Shown here piece after piece: positions 23,887-38,155 of a DNA stretch of 64,000 nt. Source of the DNA: Lytechinus pictus (Eukaryota); assembly GCF_037042905.1 (NCBI RefSeq), contig NC_087245.1:43152001-43216000 (forward strand). The letters run 5' to 3'. How positions within the stretch are numbered: position 1 is the first letter of the stretch; every line of letters starts with the position of its first letter. Below the pieces are notes generated by a model. That model ran no database searches. It had not been told where the DNA came from and was given only the letters and a program-made list of their open reading frames with translations. A program made the translations under genes and the position numbers.

Positions 23887-25949
23887 TAATTTAATATTTT
23901 GTTAAGTTGTTTTCTTCCAATGAACTTTTGCTCTAAAGAAGTTCCTATGTTGAGTGATGTCAACATTTTTTTAAACTGCTTTTGTTTTTTAATTGACAAA
24001 GTAAATGTCAAACTGTAGACTGTTCAAACCTGACTTAGTAAATGTCAACTTGTAGACTGTTTAACCCTATTCCAATGGGGGCGGGTCAATTTGGCCCCCT
24101 CCCTCAACGATTCACGTGATAACTCCACAATGCGCAGTGATCTCTGCAAGCATAATTGAATTGAAGTATGATTATGCTAAAATCAAGTCATTTCAGCCAT
24201 TTGAATTTTAAAAGTGAATTTTTATATTGATTTATTGAAACATAGAAATATTGCATTGAATTTGTACCCAAAATCATGTTTTTTAGTCATTTTTTGACTT
24301 GATGAAAAGTTTTCAAAGGATCGTGGCCTTAAATCTGTATGTGCAGTCACGATAAATTTGGTGTTGACACTGTTGAAAGTTGTGCGATACTTGTTAAAAA
24401 AAAATTCATGAAGCTTGTGCCAAGACCACTATGCATTATGGAGATATTGTGTGAATCGTTGAGGGGGAGGGGGTCATCAAATAGACCCCCACCCCCCCCC
24501 CCCCCCCAGTTGGTTAAGGCCTGATCTGGGTGGTGAACTTATAAAGGCAGTTAAATTGTATGTAAACTAGAGTAGAAATGCACCTGTATGTGATATAATT
24601 ATTATGTGTATATTTCAAAACACTTCTCTCATTTCCATCATCTATAATGATTGTTTGTTTGCCCTAATTATCGTTAATAATTAAATGACCTGATATTTTC
24701 AATAGGTGTTTTATACTTGACTCATTAGCTTGTCACCAAAAAGAGAATTCCAAAGTGTAGGGTGCCTGCATTTTTCCAATAGTTCGGATGTAGAAGCAAT
24801 AACATGCCATATAGCCAGGGGAGGCGCCAGGGTGTTTTGGTAGGAGAGGCGAATTTTCCAGGGGGGGGGGGGTGACATCATAATATTTTTTGAAAATTGA
24901 ACAACAGGGGTAAAATCAGGGTAAAATGGCTTAAAAATGATTAAAAACGCTATTTTTACAATTATCTACCCTTCACCCTTTCTTTTTCTTCCTCTTTTTC
25001 TTCTTTTCTCTTAATTTTTTTTCTTTTTTTTTCCTACTCAAAATATTGCAACCGCATCTTTCAGCAATTTACATGGGAGGCCTACTAGTTTTTTCAAAAC
25101 ATGACTTAAAGTACATATATAATTTTTTTCCACCATTTTATATTCCTTGTTGTTGTTTTTATAGAATCATCCTAATTATTTGTAAATATTGTAATTAATA
25201 GTTATTTTTTCTAATCCCTTATAATTATTTGTATAAATAATTCATGTAATTTTGTTTCTAAATAAACATATAAATATAAAAAAAGTTGTTACATGTATAT
25301 AATGATCGATGTGTTCTTGTCTGTGTCATTATAATATTACAATATATGTTCTTTTTTTACATGATTTTCTGTATAATTGTTTTATTTTGTAAAATATACC
25401 AAACTATTATTTAAGAATTTACATTTCAGCAAGGTAAAAACTTTACATAACTGCTGTGTATTTTTTTAAATGAATCATTTTGGTGTAAATTTTACTTCTG
25501 TATTCTGTACCCTTTACTCTGCTAGTACATGGAGAACCTATTGGGTGAACACAATAACAGAGTAAAGGGTACAGAATACTGAAGAAAAATTACAACAAAA
25601 TGATGCATTAAAAAAAATTAGTCAGCAAGTATGTAAAATTTTTACCTAGCTGAAATCTAATTCTTACATAATAGTTTGGTATATTTTACAAAATAGGGGT
25701 TAGGTAAAACTTTACACAATTGTTGTGGAGTTCTATACGTACATCGCAGATGTGTATTTTTTACAAAATGAAAAAATTACACAGCAATTATGTAAAAAAT
25801 TTACTTTGCAGAAATGTAAATTCTTACATAATAGTTTTGTATATTTTACAAAATAGGGGTTAGGTAAAATTTCACACAATTGTTGTGGAGTTCTATACGT
25901 ACATCACAGTTGTGTAAAATTTAACACAACTTGTGTAAAATTTTCTGTG
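23887..25949 (+). mobile_element. 3' part and right end of CACTA family B (copy 2)
   Basis: Direct, near-identical repeat of 1-2059. Follows the B gene stop and ends TTTTCTGTG. Confidence 0.85.
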
Positions 25950-27339
25950 TGTGTACAATGGTAGATTTTTCCGCACCCTTTTTGCCCCCCAAAAAGGTTA
26001 AAAACTGTCCAGTATTCATTGTGAACTCAATTATTAATATTGCAAAGTTTTAATTTTAATGCTTCAAGTTGAAAGCTCACTCAAGATGTCATTCCACTGA
26101 TTGTTAGAACCTTTCATTAATGTGTTTTTAATTTTAATCACTGTTAATTTGGAGTGTTATTGCCAAGAAATCATGGCTCTTGTAAGACTTTTAAACAATC
26201 CCTGTTTAGAAAGGGTTTGTTATTTTTACTTTAGTTGTTATTTTTATAATTTTTGTTGTTTTATTGTTTTTATTCAAAAGGTACTAGTCAACCTTTTTCA
26301 AACAGCTTTTAAAAGATTTAGCCTTAAGAGATTAAGTATTTATTTTTTATAACTCAATTTTGATCATTGCCATTTATAGAGCAAACATGTAAGTTGTTCA
26401 ATAATGCATGTTCTTTGAAGACATTACAGGGGGAAAACTACATTGATATCAATTTTTTGATTCTTTTGATCCTAATTGTAGTTGTGAACTCTTATTACCA
26501 TTACCATGTGTAAACTGAATAAGTGTTATATATTATGGTGTAACATGCCAGTAAATGGTTCATGGGCTTCTAGTTTTAGAGAGCTCTGTGTGAAGTAATT
26601 ACAATGGAGGAACCTTTATAAATTCAATCGTCATATTCCTTGTAATGACTTGTTGATTTGATTAATATGCCAGAAAGATACAATGGGAGCTTGTTCCGCA
26701 CCTGATTTACCAAAAATGAGTTAAAAACCATTCAGTATTCATTGTGAACTCAACTTAATTATTAGTATTTCAAAGTTTTTTCTTAAATTGTAAGATTGCT
26801 TAAAGTTCATATCACTCTTAAGACATCATGTCAAGTCTTTTAGATTAAAATGGGAGAACATCCGATTGCATTTTATGTGTAGCATAAACGTAATGCAATG
26901 ACGATGCAATGACACATTGCTGCCTATATAGGTTAAAATTGTCTTCAGTTCAGGCTGCAATGGTAAGATATGCCAAGAATCCATCTCTGTCTATTGAGAC
27001 CATAGCCTTAAAATGTAATTGATACCAATGTTAAGAATGAAAGCACTTTTGTCAATCATTTTATAAAGGCATAGAGAAACCAGATTTCCAAAAGTTATCA
27101 ACAGTGTGTAAGGGTCTTCAATAAAGAGGACATTTCTCATGATATTTTAATTTTCAAATATGCAATGTAGAGAAGAGGTAATGAACATATTGCAGCTTTC
27201 TTATTTTACCTTTAAAAAAGTTCAATGGAAGTTGGTTAATTGATTTTAAGAAATTAATTTCTTTTCTATCTGATGTTTTATTGTCAAGGGATGTTATTTC
27301 TTAAAATAAACACCAAATAATATACATGGTTTCTTTGCA

Positions 27340-27857
27340 TGTTCACATAGTCAAATGTTGTCACTCCAGTCTTACATTTGGAAGGTAGTAATACACTAAA
27401 TATTTAGCTAAAATGTTTGGGGAAATATCTTGACAGAAACAATTATATTTTTTTTTCAAAGGCAGTTTGACTACTTATTACACCTGTATCAATTTATGTC
27501 ACAATGGTAATGAATTTTTCATGGTAATTTATAATGTCAACTAAAATATTTTAAGCCTCGGGTATGTAGGTTGGTTTTGGAAATAGAAAACGAATTTGCA
27601 TATAACACTTTATGATTTGTAATGTACAATTTAATGTTTGGTAAGATTTACACCAAAGATGAAGTGCTGATAACACTACATTTACACATTATATATAAAT
27701 TCTATTTTGGGGTAAAATTTACCAAAAAGTTATCAAAAGATTGTACATAATATTTATCAAAACATTTTTCATAATTTTTGTAAAACATTTTACAGGAATT
27801 GGGTTTAATTTTACATCATGATTTACATAATATTTGTGAAATGTCTCCTCTCTCAGT
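27340..27857 (+). mobile_element. Candidate subterminal array and degenerate right end of element A
   Basis: Dense TTTACA/GTAAA motifs ending CTCCTCTCTCAGT (rc ACTGAGAGAGG, lacking the terminal C). An unrelated coding sequence follows abruptly. 25954-26760 continues element A 3' repeats. Confidence 0.45.
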
Positions 27858-30611
27858 TTCTCAACAGAGTGGACAATGTTTCACGTCCGAGACATGGATG
27901 CCATGAACTGAAGAGGAAAGCTGACAATGCTGCTGAAGCTGACAGTGCTGGCTCAACAAACCAAAAGCGAGATTCGTATGGATGTCTTAATTGGCAACCA
28001 CTATCGCTACCAGAGGGGGAGACCGAGGAGTCACAAATGACAATCAAAGAGGAACTAAAGGAGCTTCATAAATCAGAACCTCATGTCGATAGAAGAGAAG
28101 TTGAATAAAAAAAGGCAAATACCTATGCCTCGCAACGTATTTCTTTGAACAAACCTGATTGTGCACTGCTGGATGTTGTTGAAGAATGGCCGTATCTGTT
28201 CGATGAGACGATTCTCCTTCTGCACTTCAAACAACTTGTAGGTATGGATGCGAAAGAAAAAATCACAGAAGGGTTGGAAAAGAAATCTGCCAAGATGTAT
28301 CGCTTCTTCAGACAATCTAGGTCCTTTGGGAACGTGCAAGATAAGCGCATTCATCAAGTACTGAATTCAGTGGATGAAGCTGTCCTGATGATGAGATGTG
28401 AATCCTCGAAAGTCATGGGGTTGGTCTACCTGGTGTCAGCATACGTAGGCGAAGAAGTACAACACTACATCTACCAACAGGTAATCCTATGATGTATGTT
28501 ATTAAGGAGTTTGGGTAATCAAGTTTAGTGTCTATAATTGTTTCCAAATTATATGTGAATTTTAAATGAAAATTAAAACTCATTTTCCATTGTCATTGAA
28601 ATTGACTTGAACAAAATTTTAGAGTAGTGTTTCCAGAAAGACTTTTCACAAGAATGAGACCAATTGCCATTATAAATGGTACAATCTTCTGAAAATCTTA
28701 TTCTATAGTATAAATCTTGCATGACCAGTTGCAATGTATTAAAACGATGCAAGTGTTGATTAAAATATTGATATTTATGATGATCATCATAACCTTATTA
28801 GGCATGCTATCAGTATACTGCAGCAATAAAGGAAATAACATACCTAGCGAAAAAGTTTACCCTATCAAAATACCGCTGATTTTGATTTTCCAAGATACAG
28901 GAAGCATTATGTGTTTATACATGTACCACTGCCAATGAGAAATGTTGTCATGGGAAATCCCATGGCAGGCTTCTTTGATGCACATTTTGTTGCAAGAGAC
29001 TCGATTACTGACAGTATAAAACCATTGCAGGATTTGCCTTCCGTGTACATTTGTATTTTCTTATCATTATATAAGACATTGCACTACATTACATTACATT
29101 TATTATGTTACACTTCTGTCTCGGGTGTTGTGTCTGTTTCCATGTCAGGATTTGGGGCAACCACAGCAAACAAAGAACCAGCTGCCTGGACATCCATGCT
29201 TGATTTCCAAAGGTAAAAATGTTTATTTTTTACTCTCCTGAATAGGATAATGTGCCTTGCCTAAGGGCACTACTGCTGCAGCCAGTGTACTCGAACCCGG
29301 GACCTCAAGGCTGAGCGTCTGTGGTCTTACCCACTGAGCCACAACAGCTCCTGAATAACATATTTTTTGTAATACCTAAATTACTTAAATTACCTAAATT
29401 TTTCCTTCAAGTTTCAAGAATTTTCATAGAAAAATTGAAACTGTTGGTGATCCAAACATATTTATTATTGCTCTGTTTAGTGGTAATCCAATGATTTCAG
29501 TAATTTCCTGATTGAAATTTCTTGGATTCTGAAAATTCTGGGACAAATAACCAATGGTTAATTACTTCCTCTACAATTCCTGCCCCCCCCCCCCCCAAAC
29601 AAAAAGAGAGAAACAAATAAAATGAATTATTGAAAATAAAAATATGAATAATAGATTTAAAAAGACAAATACCATTAAAATTCATAGAAAATAACTTTTA
29701 CAAACAGATTTCTTTTGAAGCTTATTGTCATTGACATTCTGTTTAACTGCAGTAATTTTATTAGTATGTGTTTGTTTTCTTGTTTTATTTTGTGACAAGG
29801 AGATCCACTGGAGAGCACAAGGTTTTCACTTGCTGTCGGGGGCATAGTGACAACACATGTAGAGAACCCCATCAGCGCTCTTGCAGTTTGGTTTGCTGCC
29901 TTCTATGTATTCAACTTGCAGTATCCTAAAGAAGCGTATGGGGTACCAGAGTTTATTCAGAGGTAAGAGGTAGTGTTGTGTCTGAGACCATCAGTTCTGA
30001 GTCTAATGGAAAATGTCACGTTCTCAATGGTTTTGTACTCGGGATTTGGGTTGAGTCCGAGGCCATCAATTTTGCACTCGAATTCAAGAGACAAGGACAA
30101 GAGTCTGTAAAGAACTGATACTAAAAAGAAACCTAGCAGTAACTCGAAAGCAATTCTAAATTTTAATTTTGCAGATTTTCCAACAGCTCTATGGTCTGTT
30201 AAGAGATAATACAGCTATAACATTGTCTCGGTATGGGACAAAAAGTTATTTCCAAATGTGGGGCACCCTTTGTAGGATTTGGAGTCAATGTGGGAACTAG
30301 CATTAATAATGAGGAAAGTTCTTGCCTTTGTACAAACCTAAATGTTTCAAGACAAAATGATAACATGGTAATCTTGGTGGTTTCTGCTGTTTACCTAACC
30401 ATCCGTATCGAAAATATATTCAGTTGAGAGCCAGAAGGGCGTTTACACTATTTTATCTCTATCTATCTCAAATTCCCTTTTTTTCAGGTGCTTCCTGGGC
30501 ATCAACCCACAAACAGGATCAAAGGGAGGAAAGAGGAAGATGCATCCAGGAGTACTGAAATTAGCAAATCGTCTTGTGTCCTTTGAAAACGAGTGGGCAC
30601 TTAACGAATAA
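27858..30611 (+). pseudogene. 3' exons of SAMD3-like gene of element C
   Basis: Exons ~27858-28480 (stop/frameshift near 28108; DSYGCLNWQP, EEWPYLF), 29149-29212, 29800-29962 (FAAFYVFNLQYP..EFIQR) and 30488-30611 (CFLGINP..GSK). Phases are compatible. Confidence 0.75.
29245..29347 (-). mobile_element. tRNA-derived SINE 5' fragment
   Basis: Minus strand has box A TGGCTCAGTGG and box B GGTTCGAGTAC, then GTGCCCTTAGGCAAGGCAC. Flanked by the direct repeat CTCCTGAATA (29235-29244, 29348-29357). Confidence 0.7.
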
Positions 30612-32063
30612 TAGCACAACCCATCTTGAACCCCCCCCCCCCGGACTTCAGTGGCAGTACGATTGAAGCATCCGTCCTCTTTCGTCGTAATGTAAGATCC
30701 ACGGGTACAAATGCAGAATGAAACTTTCATTTTCGTCTGTATCCTATTTGCATGTATGTACAGTTAATGGTAATGTCACCCAGTGAAAGGATCAATCCGG
30801 ACCAATTATAAGTTGATGATCCAGAACTTACTCAGCAGGCATATTCAAATTACAGTGTTTGTTTTTTTGCAGTAGCAATAAGAGTTTATGTACTGTTGCT
30901 GAAGAAAAAAGGAAACGCACCTTGCAGAAAAAAACTATCCAACAGGATTATTCACAACGGTTGTTCTTGAATTATGGTATTAAAAACAAGTGGACTTGGT
31001 AAACATGCATACATTGCTTTACAATTTGCATTTTTTACATAAAAAATAAGAATATCTGATAACATGATTGCTTGTTTGTTTAACGAATCAGTGAAGGAAA
31101 GAGGATAACGTAATATATATAATTTTTAAATTAATCAGCAAAATAATGATTAGGGTAATACAGCCCATTAGTCCTATACAGCACAGTGGACATACAGACT
31201 GAGTTGAGATTGCTCGATATTACTTTTTCTTGTGCATGTAAGTCTCCTTTCAAGCTACTTCCAAGTTCTCTTTTTTATTGCAATGTTATCGTAGTCTCCA
31301 TTCAAAGCTGTAGGATCAATAAGCTGTCTCTGATTAGAATTTGTTTTTTACTATAGTATTTAAACAAACTGGACTCTGTACTGTTATTATACACATGCGA
31401 TTTGTATGTGTGCATGATAAGAATCTCATGATTAAAAAAATTGACTAAATATATACATGCATACATTGGTTTACAATTTGAATGTTTGCATCATAATTAT
31501 GCCTGATATCATGATTGTTTGTTTACCAAATCAGCAAAATTAAGATTAGATTTACAGCCCTCTAATTCTACAGCCTAGTGGTGATAAAGTTGATTGTTTT
31601 GTTTGATATTACAATTTGTTGTGCGTGTTAGCCTCTTTTCAAGCTATTTCAAAATGTTAATGCAATGTTATGGTAGTCTCCATCCAAAGCTGTACGATCA
31701 ATAAGTTATCTGTAACATTGTGTTTGTACTGTAGTATGAAAACAAACATGACTCAGTCATGTTATTACACACATGCAATTAGTAATTGCATCATAAGAAT
31801 ATGTTATCTCATGTTTGTTTACCAAATCAGCTTGTAAAAGAGAAAAAAAACATACTCTTTTGTTTGGGATTACTCATAAGAAAGCTGATTCTTAGTTCTT
31901 GTACTGTAGCATTAAAACTGAATGGAATCTGGCCTGCTATAATGTTATGTATATGTTTTCATTATAAGAAAATCTCAATTTCATGTTTATTTGCCACATC
32001 AATGTGGAGAAGAGAAAAACTTCAATTTTTGTTTGGGATAACTGATTACCTCTCAGCAAGATG

Positions 32064-32148
32064 ATATCTTCTGTTTAGAACCAGAAGGGCGTTAACTCAT
32101 ATACTTTAACACAGAGTCAACGCCCTTCTGGCTCCAAACAGATGATAT
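32064..32148. repeat. Short hairpin / mini-MITE
   Basis: ~35-bp arms (CCAGAAGGGCGTTAACTC / GAGTCAACGCCCTTCTGG). A half copy lies at ~30413-30443. Confidence 0.6.
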
Positions 32149-33099
32149 TTTATCTTTCTGCATATGCAGTTTGCATAATGATTGAAGTCGATGATTAGGA
32201 GCAGGAATTTCCTATAAAGAAACAACCTTTTTTTATTGGTTCCATTTTTTTCTTATATTAATGTTTAAAAACGTTTCAGTTGTGTTGTGTTTGAGAATTC
32301 AAGTGTTTACAGTCCTTTCTCTGCCATATCCATGCTGGACGTCATTGTTGCAAATTACTTATTCTATGCTCTAAATCATTATTTTAAATTTTGTATGTGA
32401 CTACATGATTTTTATATTGTGATGGTTTCTTCCTTCAGGATGTTTCCTTTTTTAATTATCAAAAATGATTAGGCAGAGGACAGAAAGGAAGAAAAAAAAA
32501 ATCATCTGACACTAAGAGATCAGTTTATTATGCAGGGCAGATGTCAGATAAGTCACTTATTTCAGCCTCAATTATTATTTTGTTTTAGCTTTATTTATGA
32601 AACTGCTGGTCAGATTGAGCCAACCTTGCTTGCCTGTAATGTCTTGTTTCATCTTTTCATGATAACTTTGTTCTCTTTTTAATGTTTTCATCATAAAAAG
32701 CAATTTGAAGAAAATATTCCAATATATCTTTTTTCGTTTGATGAATAGTTTAAATTATATTGTGAAACCTCATTATGATGAACACTTAGTGCTTTTTGAT
32801 ATCACCTTATCACTTTCAATATCTTGTTATATCAGAAGTACAAAAAAAGTGAAGAAGAAGAGTTTAGACCACAAAGATCATCTTTTTGTATCAGGTACGT
32901 CATTACAGAGCTCATTATTTCGAGGTTCCACCTTTTATTTTTTTTCTAGGATGTATGATATACTACATGTAGTATGAAAATGTCAGTGACCCCTTGTGAA
33001 TATCAATAATTGATATTGTTCATGTGTACAACAGTTCAACTCTTCTTGATTTTCAGTGTACTCTTTGAACAAATCATACATTACTCCAGTTACATCACC

Positions 33100-34004
33100 C
33101 TCCTGTATGAGATTACAACAATATTTTATTTGCCGTTTAATTTACAGGACAGGTATTTTACATGAACAAAATTATTATGACAAATACCAACAATGCCTGT
33201 AAACTAACAGTGATCTGTTTCACAGGAAGCTGTTCAAGTAGTGAAACAGGGTTAAGTACATGCAATTTGTAAATTTACAGTATGTAAAATCTGGAAACCC
33301 GATTAAGCAGCACAGTTCCTGTAATAGAATAGGTTACTGTTATTTTACAAGAAAATACAACATAAAAATTACAGGAAATCCCTGTACAATTACAATATAT
33401 AAAACCAGCAATATCATAATAATACGGGGCCAACTGTTATATTACGAGAATATATTACATGAAAAATACAGAAAGTTTCTGTAAAATAACAGGTTCTAAA
33501 CATGAATCCGTACATGTAATTTTACGTGAGGCTGTAAAATAACGGGCATTCGTGGCGTTATGACTGCCAGGAAACTTCCAGTAATACAACAGGGTAACTG
33601 TTATTAAACAAATATATATGAAACTAAAAATAGGCATTGTTTGTTAAATAACAATAAACAAAGTATTAAAATCTGGTATTTAAACAGGAGAGTTCCTGTG
33701 ATAAAATGGGGTTGCTGTTAATTTACAAGAATATATGACATGAAAATTACAGAAAGTCCCCGTAAAATTACAGTATATAAAACCAGGAACATGATATTTT
33801 AGCAGGAAATCGCGTAAACAAAATGGGGTTTACTGTAATTTTACGAGAATGTATGACATGAAAAAATACATTAAGTTTCTGTTAAATAACAGTTTTTTAA
33901 ACACGAATCTGTTATTTTACGTGAGGCTGTAAAAAAACGGGCACTCCTGGCGTCCCGACTGCCAGGAAATTTCCCGTAAAAATACGGCAATATTTTTTAC
34001 AGTG
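33100..34004 (+). mobile_element. Subterminal repeats and right TIR of CACTA element C
   Basis: Array of (C)TGTAAAATAAC/TTTTACA motifs ending TATTTTTTACAGTG (rc CACTGTAAAAAATA, a typical animal EnSpm terminus). Confidence 0.85.
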
Positions 34005-34129
34005 TGTGTCTGTGTGTCCATACTTCAAAGATCTGTTGTAAATGAGGTAATTGCTAAACACGAAATGACTTATTTGTATAAACCTGGCCCTAAATTGGCT
34101 CCATCATTGTTTTCTTTTACTAAAATTAG

Positions 34130-34422
34130 GGTGAAGACACCATGGATCCAAATGTCTGCATTCTGACAGATGGTGAATCCCCCCTTGACTCAACCCAGTT
34201 CATCATAACTGTCGAAAAGTGTTCAGTGTGCACAGTTGGCGACATTATCACTGCATGTGCATGTTACTTGGCATGCTTCTACGTGTTCCACCTGCAGTAC
34301 ACACCAAATGTGCAGAAGACTTTGACATTTTTCCAAGTGCTACTAATGAACATCAAGGACAAATGTCCAGTGGACAAAGTGTGTTGCACCTTATCTTACG
34401 ACTGAACAGGGTAACAAAGTAA
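34130..34422 (+). pseudogene. Terminal exon of SAMD3-like gene of element D
   Basis: TAG acceptor; YLACFYVFHLQYTPNVQKTLTFFQ; frameshift near 34380. Confidence 0.7.
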
Positions 34423-36639
34423 ATCATGGAAGACAATGAGTCCACCATGGTCAAAACTGCACTAATTTTGGAAAATCAAGTAACTAATTTCCTAGACTCA
34501 TGTAGCAGCGATCACTGCTGTAGCACAGATCTCTCTCGTTGGCGGCGCTTTTTCGGGTTTACAGCTCTGGGTGACGGAGTTCAGTTCGCGAGAGTGTAAT
34601 CTAGACTTTCCAGAACTCTGCTAACCCTCTTCAATTTTGAGGGAGTTATGTGTGCTGCTTATACAGAAAAATGCTTCCACACCTTCATTGTGGACTAAGA
34701 GGAAAGATTAGGGGTCGTAATTTATTTTTATTTTTTTTTACTTGTTTGAAAATGCTGTATTCCTTGACATTTTGACTATGGGTGTAGGAATGTGTTTTGT
34801 CCCATAAAGGTTGTAATGGGATATTACATGCTGATTGTGTCAGATATTGTTGGAGAGATTTATCAATGCTTCTTATTGATGTAACATATTTACTAAATAT
34901 TACATTGTTCAAAGGTATTGATGTGTAGATGCTGTGTTTCATGGCATTATTAAAACATATATTGGAAGCTTGCATTTAACATGGATATTCTTGTAATGTG
35001 ATTGTATGTGCTAAACAGTATCTCTTATAGTTTTGGAGAGATTTAAGTTTCTTGTGCATTCTGATGAGTTCTTAATGATGTAACCTTTGCATAATACATA
35101 TGACATTGTTCAAAGGAGTTGCTGTGTAGATGTTGTGTTTCATGCCAGTAATACAATGTCTCACACATGCTAACTGAATAGGTTTATAAAATAATATTGA
35201 ATGCTATGTACAGCACATTGCATGAATGTATACCGGTGTATATATAGTATCAATTGGAGTAAACTATTGGCCAGATTTTGAGAAGGTATTTTGCACTTCC
35301 ATTTTTTCATGCTAAATAGTTTTCAAGGTTTTTTTTTCTTGTGTTTTCACAGGAATATACAGTATCTGACACATGACGTTAAATACCTGCAGTTGCTTTC
35401 AGACATGCGCATGTTCTATAACTGTATAAAGATACAGTATTTAAATGGATGGTTATTCTAGCTGCTGATTTGTTGCCGAATTCAGAATATACAAAATATG
35501 TTTATGTATATGTAGAATAAAAATAATCACAAAATGATTCAGCCATAAGATTTAAATGATCTGAGCCCATATTATTAAAAATTCATTAGCTTGTACAGGA
35601 TTTGGATCTAGTGGATGATTACATGGTGTAGTATTGAATTGTGTTTACCCTTACAGGTATTTATTTTTATCATGAATTAAGACATATGTTACTGATTTAT
35701 TTTGTATCTGCAGTCGTCTGCAGTCCCACATGTTCTATGTAATATATTGTAAGATACAGCATGCGAAGTGAATGTTATCCTGCTGAGGACTTGTTGCTGA
35801 ATACAGAGTCTAACAAATTTCCATTGTGCTTTGACAACGCATGATGTAAATTCACAATAATCAGGATTGTTTCAAAATTATTCAGCAGAAATATAAAATG
35901 AGATTTTAGCCCATATTTGTTACAATTAAATTTACATTTTCTTTGAATATGGATTTATGATAAGCAATTTATTAGATTGGCAACAGTTTCATATTGGAAA
36001 TTGTTAGTTATTTTATTTAAAATTCATAAAAATGTTAATTTTGTGTAATGCAATATCTCAGTTTAAGGAGTACAATACATGTATCAATGCACACAATGTA
36101 GCAAATTAGGATTTTATGATTCCTCCTGACACTACAGTATCATTGCTGTCTTCAGCAGTTGACTATGAAGATGAAATGTTAAAGATTTTTTTAAATTGGG
36201 CCTAATTTGAATACTTTGCAAATAACTCTTTAAAAGAGTAAAATATTAAAAATGATGGTATTAATGTATGCTGCAATTGGTCTGATGTCCAGGATTGCAG
36301 TTACATCAATCGTACATTTGCACTGAAAGGTTGTTAATAGTATGTTTAAACATGTTTAAACATAATTGTTACAGATGTTGTCCTCAGTTTGTCAGTTTGT
36401 ATTCAACAATGTTATTTAAATTCATGTATTTGAATATTGACAGTTTTGCTCTGTTTTTAAATCAGCTCACCTGATAATAAAGAATTTGCTGATATTATTT
36501 CTGATTTCCTGTATGAATTGATTGGTGTGTCAAATCATTATTTTCACTGTGTAAATCAAATAACCTTACTGTAACCGTTTGTTTATGTAACTGTTTGTTT
36601 ATGTATACATGCACAATTTTTTTTTTGGGGGGGGTGCAA

Positions 36640-36968
36640 ATAACTGCATGACAAATTGTATTTCAGGCATTAAAAATTTATTCCTTTGCATGACAAAGCA
36701 ATTTTCATGCTTGACAAATTAATTTGTGTGCAATACAAATTAAATTCTTTGCATGACAAACGACAAACTGAAATTTGTCAAATAAGACCACTTTCCACGA
36801 CAAATCAAAATTTGTCATGTACTACATAAAAATTTGTCAAATAGACCCCTTTTCACGACAAATTAAAATTTGTCATGAAAAATTATTCGACGAGTTATTA
36901 GTTTGTCAAATAAGACCACCTACGTGACAAATTTTAATTTGTCAATTGACTAAACAATAATTTCAGTG
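36640..36968 (+). mobile_element. Subterminal repeats and right TIR of CACTA element D
   Basis: Dense TGACAAA/TTTGTCA array ending AATAATTTCAGTG (rc CACTGAAATTATT). Confidence 0.75.
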
Positions 36969-37213
36969 TTGATTCTTGCAAACTGGTATCATGAGAATCA
37001 AGGCTGAAGGCAGGAAGCTATTCATTAGTTTTGAGCAAAATTACAGCTCAGAAATTCAGTCCCTTGTTCTAAAGATAGTGACAAATAATATTGCGGTGGT
37101 AACGCGGTGGTATAATCAATGTTAGATTCCAACTTACAGAATACAAGCTTCTGTTTTGAATTAAAAACATGGTGCATTTTTTTATTTATTGACATTTTTT
37201 AATCTGATTCCAG

Positions 37214-38155
37214 AAATTGCCATACAGATCCTACCAACCTTCTTCAAGGAAGACCTAGGTGATATATTAATCTCAAGTGACAAGGTATGGTAACCGCATA
37301 ACCAGTTAGAAGTAATTTTACAACATTGACATGGACTAGATTATAAGTTTCATAAAGCCAAAACCTAAGAATCATATTTTAGCATTCTTTTGCACTCCGC
37401 TCTACAACTTCAGACTGCTGAGCCAACTGGTGGGTTGTGTTTATCACAAAGTACACTGGAATTATGTGATCAGGTACTTAAGATTTACATGCATGCTATG
37501 TGTGATAACACAACATTCCAGTCAGCCCACCAGCATGCAGTTGCAAATTACAGCACCAAACAAAGCTGAATATATTCTGAGTGGTGGAATTTTGTTAGTT
37601 TTGCATTTCATCAGAGTGATTTATTTGCCAAAAATATTGTTACATCTTATTAATGTTATTTGAATAATTATTGAAAGAGAAATATTTCAATCCAAGTAGG
37701 GTGAAAAATATTGTGCGTTGCTTGGTCGTCATGCTGCATGTCGCGCGTTTGCAAGACACGCTGTTAACGGGCTATTTAGCATGCATCAGTCACATGATTA
37801 CGCACCATAATCTAAAGAAATCAATCTTATCGTTTTTTATAAAACTCCGCCCGCCCATCCATTGTCCCATAATGGATGGGCCAAGTTTCTAAAAAAACAA
37901 ACAACATATTTCTTGTTGAGAAGCTAAACCACATGCATTGAATAAGAAACCCTTCTTGTTATTGTTTTTCATTGACAGGTTGATACGAAGCCCATGTACA
38001 TACGTGTATCCGACAATCAAGAGGATTCATACGAGCTTGTTCTGGAGGAGCAAAGAGTCTGTCAAGTCCAGGATAAATTGCATGCATTGGCTTGTTACGT
38101 AGCTGGTTTTTACATTTTTCATTTGGGCTATGAGCCATCAGTCATGAAAATTTGA
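37214..38155 (+). pseudogene. Last exons of SAMD3-like gene of element E
   Basis: Exon 37214-37284 (IAIQILPTFFKEDL) and exon 37979-38155 (YELVLEEQRVC..ALACYVAGFYIFHLGY then early stop). Not in the ORF track. Confidence 0.6.

Noticed and set aside
29245-29347. Possible tRNA gene
   Set aside because: Has A and B boxes but no convincing cloverleaf, and is followed by a SINE-type core and flanked by a direct repeat.
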